Assembly: GCA_963843565.1 (NCBI GenBank)
Contig: CAWJKY010000002.1
Coordinates: forward strand, 84,041-148,040
Reading direction: 5' to 3'
DNA: 64,000 nt
Source: an uncultured Alphaproteobacteria bacterium
Lineage (GTDB): Bacteria > Pseudomonadota > Alphaproteobacteria > Rhizobiales > Kaistiaceae
The notes beneath the pieces were generated by a model. That model was given only the letters and a program-made list of their open reading frames with translations, did no database searches and had not been told where the DNA came from. Of this stretch, positions 1 to 7,167 are shown one piece after another. The first letter of the stretch is position 1; each line of letters starts with the position of its first letter. Position numbers and translations under genes: made by a program.

Positions 1-1283
1 GCCTCTACCCGAAGATCAGCGCCGACGGGCGCTTCGTGGCGTTCTTTTCCGGCGCCGCCAACCTCGTCAGCAGCGACACCAACGGCAAGAACGATGTCTT
101 CGTCCGTGACCGGCAGACCGGCACGACGGAACTGGTGAGCGTCGCGACCGGCGGCGGTCAGGCAACCGACGACAGCCTCAACCCGGCGATCAGCGCCGAC
201 GGACGCTTCGTGGCGTTCTATTCCTACGCCAACAACCTTGTCAGCGGCGACTCCAACAGCTTTGCGGATATCTTCGTCCATGACCGGCAGACCGGCACGA
301 CGGCACGGGTGAGCGTCGTCACCGGCGGCAGCCAGGCGATCGGCGGCGGCAGCATCAGCCCGGCGATCAGCGCCGACGGTCGCTTCGTGGCGTTCGAGTC
401 CGACGCCGCCAATCTTTACGGCGGCGACACCAACAGTGCCAGCGACATCTTCGTCCATGACCGGCAGACCGGCACGACGGAATGGGTGAACTACGCGCCG
501 GGCAACGGCCAGGCAAACGGCGACAGCTACCTCGCGGCGATCAGCGCCGACGGGCGCTTCGTGGCATTTGAATCCTACGCCACCAACCTCGTCAGCGGCG
601 ACAGCAACGGTGCCTACGACATCTTCGTCCATGACCGGCAGACCGGCGCGACGGAACGGGCGAGCGTCACGACAGGCGGCGTCCAGGCGAACGACAGCGC
701 CTACTACGCGGCGATCAGCGCCGACGGGCACTTCGTGGCATTCGAATCCGTCGCCACCAACCTTGTCAGCGGCGACAGCAATGGCGACTCCGACATCTTC
801 GTCCGCGACCGCGGCACCAGCGGAGCCGCACCGCTGGCGCCGTTGGCTCTGAACGCAACCGACGTCGGCGACAGCGCCTTCAGCGCCAACTTCACCGGTC
901 AGGACGCGACCGCCGCCGGCTACCGCATCGACGTGGCGACGACCTCCACCTTCGCGAGCGTCGGCGCACCAGCCGAGAGACCCGCCGACTTTGTGCCGGG
1001 CTATCAGAGCAAGCTGATCCTGTGCGTCCCCAACCCATGCACGCCCGGCACGGTCAGCCAGGTGGTGAGCGACGTCCAGCCCGGCACCCAGGAGTATTTC
1101 TACCGGGTCCAGGCCTGGGGCCTCGGCGGAGACAGCCCCTACTCGGACACCGTCCTGGCGAACCCGATCCCGACGACCCCGCCGCCCAGCAGCAGCAGCG
1201 CCCTGAATCCGCTCGTCCTCGCCGGACTCGGCCTCGTCGCCGCTCTGGGGCTGCTTGGCAAGGCGCGGCGGCGCACCGCCTGA
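1..1283 (+). CDS. Secreted PD40/TolB-like beta-propeller repeat protein with FN3-like domain and C-terminal TM/Arg tail (paralog 1, 5' end cut by window edge)
   Basis: The frame is open from the window edge (codons from pos 3: LYPKISADGRFVAFFS...). Five blades are visible, with consensus ISADGRFVAFxSxAxNLVSGDTNxxxDIFVHDRQTGTTERVSVxTGG. Then comes an FN3-like segment (SANFTG..YRIDV..YFYRVQAWG), a Pro-rich linker, ALNPLVLAGLGLVAALGLLGKARRRTA and the stop. Confidence 0.85.
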   Translation, partial: LYPKISADGRFVAFFSGAANLVSSDTNGKNDVFVRDRQTGTTELVSVATGGGQATDDSLNPAISADGRFVAFYSYANNLVSGDSNSFADIFVHDRQTGTTARVSVVTGGSQAIGGGSISPAISADGRFVAFESDAANLYGGDTNSASDIFVHDRQTGTTEWVNYAPGNGQANGDSYLAAISADGRFVAFESYATNLVSGDSNGAYDIFVHDRQTGATERASVTTGGVQANDSAYYAAISADGHFVAFESVATNLVSGDSNGDSDIFVRDRGTSGAAPLAPLALNATDVGDSAFSANFTGQDATAAGYRIDVATTSTFASVGAPAERPADFVPGYQSKLILCVPNPCTPGTVSQVVSDVQPGTQEYFYRVQAWGLGGDSPYSDTVLANPIPTTPPPSSSSALNPLVLAGLGLVAALGLLGKARRRTA

Positions 1284-1290
1284 ACAGCTC

Positions 1291-1317
1291 GCGCCGGCTT
1301 GCGACGAAGGCCGGCGC
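1291..1317 (+). terminator. Post-stop GC hairpin after paralog 1 (no U-tract)
   Basis: GCGCCGGC (1291-1298) pairs with GCCGGCGC (1310-1317), 8 nt after the stop codon. It is homologous to the hairpin after paralog 2. Confidence 0.45.
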
Positions 1318-1424
1318 ATCGGCGGCGGCAGAACGCTGGGCGCGCGAAGAATGCGTCCTGGCTTCACCGATTGCGGCATTGTGATAACGTTCCCCCGCGG
1401 TCGAGGCGCACAGGAGGGATTTCG

Positions 1425-3194
1425 ATGCAGACGAGAACAGCGACACGCGCGGGCAAACTGTGCCACGCGGCGACGGCGATTGTTGCCGGAATCATCCTGG
1501 CCGCGTCGGCGGCAACCGCCCTCGCCCAGTCGACGGAACGGGTGAGCGTCGCGACCGGTGGCGGCCAGTCGAACAGCGCCAGCGACTCCCCGGTGACCAG
1601 CGCCGACGGGCGCTTCGTTGCGTTCGAATCGATCGCCAGCAACCTCGTCAGCGGCGACACCAACGGTCTCAACGACATTTTCGTCCATGACCGGCAGACC
1701 GGCGCGACGGAACGGGTGAGCGTCGCCACCGGCGGTACCGAAGCGAACGGCGTCAGCTACAGCGCGGCGATCAGCGCCGACGGGCGCTTCGTGGCGTTCT
1801 GGTCCAACGCCAGCAACCTCGTCAGCGGCGACACCAACGGTACGTCCGACATCTTCGTCCATGACCGGCAGACCGGCACGACGGAACGAGTGAGCGTCGC
1901 CACCGGCGGTGCCGAAGGGAACGGCTCCAGCACCATCCCGGCGATCAGCGCCGACGGGCGCTTCGTGGCGTTCGTTTCCTACGCCACCAATCTCGTCGCC
2001 GGCGACACCAACGGTTACGCCGACGTCTTCGTCCATGACCGGCAGACAGGCACGACGGAACGGGTGAGCGTCGCGACCGGCGGCACCCAAGGGGACAACG
2101 CCAGCAGCGACGCGACGATCAGCCCCGACGGGCGCCTCGTGGCGTTCGATTCTGTCGCCACCAACCTCGTTGGCAGCGACGGCAACAGCAAACGCGACGT
2201 CTTCGTCCACGACCGGCAGACCGGCGCGACGGAACGGGTCAGCGTCGCGACCGGCGGTGCTGAGGTGAACGACGACAGCTACGTCCCGGTGATGAGCGCT
2301 GACGGGCGCCTTGTGGCGTTCTATTCCCACGCCAGCAACCTGGTCAGCGGCGACACCAACAGCAAATACGACGTCTTCGTTCATGACCGGCAGACCGGCA
2401 CGACGGAACGGGTGAGCGTCGCGACCGGCGGTACCGAGGCGATCGGCGGCGACAGCTACGCCCCTTCGATCAGCGCCGACGGGCGCTTCGTGGCGTTCTA
2501 TTCCGACGCCACCAACCTCGTCAGCGGCGACACCAACGCTGCCTACGACGTCTTCGTCCGTGACCGGCAGGCCGGCACGACGGAACGGGTGAGCGTCGCG
2601 ACCGGCGGCGGCCAGGCGAACAGTGACAGCCTATACCTAGCCATCAGCGCCGACGGGCGTTTCGTGGCGTTCCGTTCCAACGCCAGCAACCTCGTCAGCG
2701 GCGACACCAACGCGGCCTACGACATCTTCGTCCGCGACCGCGGCACCAGCGGTGCCGCGCCGCTGGCGCCCCTGGCCCTGAACGCGACCGACGTCGGCGC
2801 CGACGCCTTCACCGCCAACTGGACCGGTCAGGACGCAAGCGCCGCCGGCTACCGCATCGACGTGGCGACGACCTCCTCCTTCAGCAGCGTCGGCGCAGGA
2901 GCCGAGGGGCCCGCCGACTTTGTGCCGGGCTACCAGAGCAAGCTGATCCTGTGCGTTCCCAATCCGTGCGTGCCCGGTACGGTCAGCCAGGTGGTGAGCG
3001 ACGTGCAACCGGGCACCCAGGCGTACTATTACCGCGTCCAGGCCTGGGGCCTCGGCGGCGACAGCGCATTCTCGGACCCGGTCCTTGCGAACCCGCCTCC
3101 CGCAGAGTCCAAGACCGCCATCGGACCGTTGGAGCTTCTGGCCTTATCGCTGGTGGCTTTCGCCGGGCTCGGATGGCGGTGGCGTCGGACCTGA
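1425..3194 (+). CDS. Secreted 7-bladed PD40/TolB-like propeller + FN3-like + C-terminal TM/Arg tail protein (paralog 2)
   Basis: ATG 1425 is preceded by AGGAGGG (1412-1418). The N-terminus looks like a signal peptide (AIVAGIILAASAATALA/QS). There are seven S/I-x-DGR-[FL]-VAF blades, an FN3-like segment (TANWTG..YRIDV..YYYRVQAWG) and the tail AIGPLELLALSLVAFAGLGWRWRRT. Confidence 0.9.
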   Translation: MQTRTATRAGKLCHAATAIVAGIILAASAATALAQSTERVSVATGGGQSNSASDSPVTSADGRFVAFESIASNLVSGDTNGLNDIFVHDRQTGATERVSVATGGTEANGVSYSAAISADGRFVAFWSNASNLVSGDTNGTSDIFVHDRQTGTTERVSVATGGAEGNGSSTIPAISADGRFVAFVSYATNLVAGDTNGYADVFVHDRQTGTTERVSVATGGTQGDNASSDATISPDGRLVAFDSVATNLVGSDGNSKRDVFVHDRQTGATERVSVATGGAEVNDDSYVPVMSADGRLVAFYSHASNLVSGDTNSKYDVFVHDRQTGTTERVSVATGGTEAIGGDSYAPSISADGRFVAFYSDATNLVSGDTNAAYDVFVRDRQAGTTERVSVATGGGQANSDSLYLAISADGRFVAFRSNASNLVSGDTNAAYDIFVRDRGTSGAAPLAPLALNATDVGADAFTANWTGQDASAAGYRIDVATTSSFSSVGAGAEGPADFVPGYQSKLILCVPNPCVPGTVSQVVSDVQPGTQAYYYRVQAWGLGGDSAFSDPVLANPPPAESKTAIGPLELLALSLVAFAGLGWRWRRT

Positions 3195-3201
3195 ACGGTT
3201 C

Positions 3202-3228
3202 GCGCCGGCCTTCGGCGAAGGCCGGCGC
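3202..3228 (+). terminator. Post-stop GC hairpin after paralog 2 (no U-tract)
   Basis: Perfect 11-bp stem GCGCCGGCCTT (3202-3212) / AAGGCCGGCGC (3218-3228) with a 5-nt loop. No T-run follows, so intrinsic-terminator function is uncertain. Confidence 0.45.
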
Positions 3229-3271
3229 ATCACCTATGCCGCGCTGCGCGCGCCTGAACACCTGCCGCCAG

Positions 3272-3296
3272 ATTCCACTTTCGCCGGTTGTGGAAC
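3272..3296 (+). promoter_or_regulatory. Conserved dyad upstream of paralog 3 (ATTCCAC-N11-GTGGAAC)
   Basis: Inverted repeat read directly from the sequence. It is followed by the conserved TGTGATCTTGAT and lies ~47 nt upstream of ATG 3343. Confidence 0.4.
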
Positions 3297-3342
3297 TGTG
3301 ATCTTGATCTGCGGTGGTTGAGGCGTACCCGAGGGCATCGCG

Positions 3343-5118
3343 ATGCGGACGAGACCAGCGACAGGCGTGGCACGGTGGCGCCGCGCGGCGACGGCGATTG
3401 CCGCCGCAATCATCCTGGCCGCGCCGGCCGCAACCGCCCTCGCCCAGTCGACGGAACGGGTGAGCGTCGCGACCAATGGCGGCCAGGCAAACGACGTCAG
3501 CTATCCCCAGGCGATCAGCGCCGACGGGCGCTTCGTGGCGTTCTATTCCACCGCCACCAACCTCGTTGGCGGCGACACCAACGCTGCCAGCGACGTCTTC
3601 CTCCGTGACCGGCAGACCGGCACGACGGAACGGGTGAGCGTCGCGACCGGCGGCGGCGAGGCGACCGGCGGCGGCAGCTACTTCCCAGCGATCAGCGCCG
3701 ACGGGCGCTTCGTGGTGTTCCAGTCCGGCGCCACCAACCTCGTCAGCGGCGACACCAACGGCACCAACGATATCTTCGTCCATGACCGGCAGACCGGCGC
3801 GACCGAACGGGTGAGCGTCGCGACGGGCGGCGGCCAGGCGACCGGCGCCAGCGCCTACCCGGCGATCAGCGCTGACGGGCGCTTCGTGGCGTTCTATTCC
3901 GCCGCCACCAACCTCGTCAGCGGCGACACCAACGCTGCCGACGACATCTTCGTCCATGACCGGCAGACCGGCACGACGGAGCGGGTGAGCGTCGCCACCG
4001 GCGGCGGCGAGGCGAACGGCAACAGCTCGGGCAATGCGATCAGCGCCGACGGGCGCTTCGTGGCGTTCCATTCCGACGCCACCAACCTCGTCAGCGGCGA
4101 CACCAACGGTTTCAACGACATCTTCGTCCATGACCGGCAGACCGGCGCGACCGAACGGGTGAGCGTCGCGACGGGCGGCGGCCAGGCGACCGGCGCCAGC
4201 GGCGGCGAGGCGATCGACGGCGACGGACGCTTCGTGGCATTCTATTCCACCGCCACCGACCTCGTCGGCGGCGACACCAACGGCTTCTCCGACGTCTTCG
4301 TCCATGACCGGCAGACCGGCACGACGGAACGGGTGAGCGTCGCGACCGGCGGCGGTCAGGCCGACAACGGAAGCTTCAACCTAGCGATCAGCATCGACGG
4401 GCGCTTCGTGGCATTTGAATCCTTCGCCACCAACCTGGTCAGCGGCGACACCAACGGTACCTACGACATCTTCGTCCACGACCGGCAGACCGGCACGACG
4501 GAACGGGTGAGCGTCACGACCGGCGGTACCGAAGCGACCGGCGGCAGCTACGGCCCGGCGATCGACGCCGACGGGCGCTTCGTGGCGTTCTATTCCGTCG
4601 CCACCAACCTCGTCAGCGGCGACACCAACGCTTTCAGCGACACATTCGTCCGTGACCGCGGCACCAGCGGGGCCGCGCCGCTGGCGCCCCTGGCCCTGAA
4701 CGCGACCAACGTCGGCGCCGACGCCTTCACCGCCAACTGGACCGGTCAGGACGCGAGCGCCGCCGGCTACCGCATCGACGTGGCGACACCCTCCACCTTC
4801 AGCAGCGTCGGCGCGGCAGGCGAGGGGCCCGCCGATTTCGTGCCCGGTTATCAGAGCAAGCTGATCCTGTGCGTCCCCAACCCGTGCACGCCCGGCACGG
4901 TCAGTCTCAACGTGAGCGACGTGCAGCCCGGCACCCAGGCATACTACTACCGCGTCCAGGCCTGGGGCCGCGGTGGCGACAGCGCCTTCTCGGACCCGGT
5001 CCTGGCGAACCCGCCGCCCCCCGAGTCCAAGACCGCGCTCAATCCGCTCGTCCTCGCCGGACTCGGCCTCGTCGCCGCTCTGGGGTTGCTTGGCAGGGCC
5101 CGCCGGCGCACGGCCTGA
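3343..5118 (+). CDS. Secreted 7-bladed PD40/TolB-like propeller + FN3-like + C-terminal TM/Arg tail protein (paralog 3)
   Basis: Same architecture as paralog 2. ATG sits in the conserved context GCATCGCGATG. Signal peptide AIAAAIILAAPAATALA/QS, 7 blades, tail ALNPLVLAGLGLVAALGLLGRARRRTA. Confidence 0.9.
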   Translation: MRTRPATGVARWRRAATAIAAAIILAAPAATALAQSTERVSVATNGGQANDVSYPQAISADGRFVAFYSTATNLVGGDTNAASDVFLRDRQTGTTERVSVATGGGEATGGGSYFPAISADGRFVVFQSGATNLVSGDTNGTNDIFVHDRQTGATERVSVATGGGQATGASAYPAISADGRFVAFYSAATNLVSGDTNAADDIFVHDRQTGTTERVSVATGGGEANGNSSGNAISADGRFVAFHSDATNLVSGDTNGFNDIFVHDRQTGATERVSVATGGGQATGASGGEAIDGDGRFVAFYSTATDLVGGDTNGFSDVFVHDRQTGTTERVSVATGGGQADNGSFNLAISIDGRFVAFESFATNLVSGDTNGTYDIFVHDRQTGTTERVSVTTGGTEATGGSYGPAIDADGRFVAFYSVATNLVSGDTNAFSDTFVRDRGTSGAAPLAPLALNATNVGADAFTANWTGQDASAAGYRIDVATPSTFSSVGAAGEGPADFVPGYQSKLILCVPNPCTPGTVSLNVSDVQPGTQAYYYRVQAWGRGGDSAFSDPVLANPPPPESKTALNPLVLAGLGLVAALGLLGRARRRTA

Positions 5119-5261
5119 ACGGCTCGCGCCGGCGTTCGGCGTCGATCGACGCGGAAGCCGTCGCCCGCCGGGCGTCAGAGCACGGCTAAAATCCATGCTT
5201 TCGTCGGTTGTGGGATTGTGGTTTCATCCGGCGGCGGTTGAGGCGCACCGGGGGGATCGCG

Positions 5262-7037
5262 ATGCCAGCGACAGCAGGGACAGGCGTGGGCAAATGGCGC
5301 CACGCGCCGATGGCGATTGCCGCCGGATTCATCCTGGCCGCATCGGCCGCAACCGCCCTGGCCCAGACGACGGAGCGGGCGAGCGTCGCGACCGGCGGCG
5401 GCCAAGGGGACAGCGACAGCCGCGCTGGGGCAATCAGCGCGGACGGACGCTTCGTGGCGTTCCATTCCTACGCCGCCAACCTCGTCGGCGGCGACACCAA
5501 CGGCAAATTCGACATCTTCGTCCATGACCGGCAGACCGGCACGACGGAACGGGTGAGTGTCGCGACCGGCGGCGGCCAGGCGGACGGCGACAGCGTAAAC
5601 CCGGCGATCAGCGCCGACGGACGCTTCGTGGCGTTCTATTCCAACGCCACCAATCTCGTCAGCGGCGACACCAACGGCAAGAACGACGTCTTCGTCCATG
5701 ACCGGCAGACCGGCACGACGGAACGCGTGAGCGTCGCGACCGGCGGCGGCCAGGCGACCGGCGGCGACAGCATCGACCCGGCGATCAGCGCCGACGGGCG
5801 CTTCGTGGCGTTCTGGTCCTTCGCCACCAACCTCGTGGGCGGCGACACCAACGGCAATTTCGACATCTTCGTCCATGACCGGCAGACCGGCACGACGGAA
5901 CGGGTAAGCATCGCGACCGGCGGTGCCCAAGCGACCGGCAACAGCAGCGTCCCGGCGATCAGCGCCGACGGGCGCTTCGTGGCGTTCCAGTCCTATGCCA
6001 CCAACCTCGTCGGCGGCGACACCAACGCTACCCCCGACACCTTTGTCCATGACCGGCAGACCGGCACGACGGAACGGGTCAGCATCGCGACCGGCGGTGC
6101 CCAAGCGACCGGCAACAGCATCAACCCGGCGATCAGCGCCGACGGGCGCTTCGTGACGTTCGATTCCGCCGCCAGCAATCTCGTCAGCGGCGACACCAAC
6201 GGTTTCGACGACATCTTCGTCCATGACCGGCAGACCGGCACGACGGAACGGGTGAGCGTCGCAACCGGCGGTGCCGAAGCGGACGGCGCCAGCAGCGACC
6301 CGGCGATCAGCGCCGACGGGCGCTTCGTGGCGTTCTGGTCCTTCGCCACCAACCTCGTCGCCGGCGACACCAACACTAACTCCGACGTCTTCGTCCATGA
6401 CCGGCAGACCGGCACGACGGAGCGGGTGAGCATCGCGACCAACGGCGGCCAGGCCGGCGGCGTCAGCTACTATCCGGCGATCAGCGCCGACGGGCGCTTC
6501 GTGGCATTCGAATCCCTCGCCGCCAACCTAGTCGGCGGCGACACCAACGCGGCCTACGACATCTTCGTCCGCGACCGCGGCACCAGCGGAGCCGCGCCGC
6601 TGGCGCCGTTGGCTCTGAACGCGACCGACGTCGGCGACAGCGCCTTCACCGCCAACTGGACCGGCCAGGACGCAACCGCCGCCGGCTACCGCCTCGACGT
6701 GGCGACGACCTCGTCCTTCAGCAGCGCCGGCGCGGCCGGGGGGCGGCCCGCCGGGTTCGTGCCGGGGTATCAGAGCAAGGTGATCCTGTGCGTCCCCAAC
6801 CCGTGCGTGCCCGGCACGGTGAGCGAGGCGGTGAGTGACGTGCAGCCAGCCAGCCAGGAATATTACTACCGGGTCCAGGCCTGGGGCCGCGGCGGCGACA
6901 GCCCCTTCTCGGACACGGTCCTGGCGAACCCGCCGCCCCCCGAGTCCAAGACCGCCCTCAATCCGCTCGTCCTCGCCGGGCTCGCCCTCGTTGCCGCTCT
7001 GGGGCTGCTTGGCAAGGCCAGGCGGCGCACCGCCTGA
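5262..7037 (+). CDS. Secreted 7-bladed PD40/TolB-like propeller + FN3-like + C-terminal TM/Arg tail protein (paralog 4)
   Basis: ATG 5262 lies in the context GGGGGGATCGCGATG, homologous to the other copies; the track ORF start at 5208 is probably too far upstream. Signal peptide, 7 blades, FN3-like segment, tail ALNPLVLAGLALVAALGLLGKARRRTA. Confidence 0.9.
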   Translation: MPATAGTGVGKWRHAPMAIAAGFILAASAATALAQTTERASVATGGGQGDSDSRAGAISADGRFVAFHSYAANLVGGDTNGKFDIFVHDRQTGTTERVSVATGGGQADGDSVNPAISADGRFVAFYSNATNLVSGDTNGKNDVFVHDRQTGTTERVSVATGGGQATGGDSIDPAISADGRFVAFWSFATNLVGGDTNGNFDIFVHDRQTGTTERVSIATGGAQATGNSSVPAISADGRFVAFQSYATNLVGGDTNATPDTFVHDRQTGTTERVSIATGGAQATGNSINPAISADGRFVTFDSAASNLVSGDTNGFDDIFVHDRQTGTTERVSVATGGAEADGASSDPAISADGRFVAFWSFATNLVAGDTNTNSDVFVHDRQTGTTERVSIATNGGQAGGVSYYPAISADGRFVAFESLAANLVGGDTNAAYDIFVRDRGTSGAAPLAPLALNATDVGDSAFTANWTGQDATAAGYRLDVATTSSFSSAGAAGGRPAGFVPGYQSKVILCVPNPCVPGTVSEAVSDVQPASQEYYYRVQAWGRGGDSPFSDTVLANPPPPESKTALNPLVLAGLALVAALGLLGKARRRTA

Positions 7038-7098
7038 CCGCCTGGCGCCGGCTTTCGGCAACGATCGACGCGGAAGCGATCGCCCGCCGTGTTGCGAG

Positions 7099-7123
7099 GT
7101 TCCACTTTCGCCGGTTGTGGAAC
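7099..7123 (+). promoter_or_regulatory. Conserved dyad upstream of paralog 5 (GTTCCAC-N11-GTGGAAC, perfect 7-bp arms)
   Basis: GTTCCAC 7099-7105, spacer TTTCGCCGGTT, GTGGAAC 7117-7123. The position relative to the ATG matches copy 3. Degenerate versions precede copies 2 and 4. Confidence 0.45.
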
Positions 7124-7167
7124 TGTGATCTTGATTTGCCGCGGTTAACGCGCCCGGGGGGATCGCG

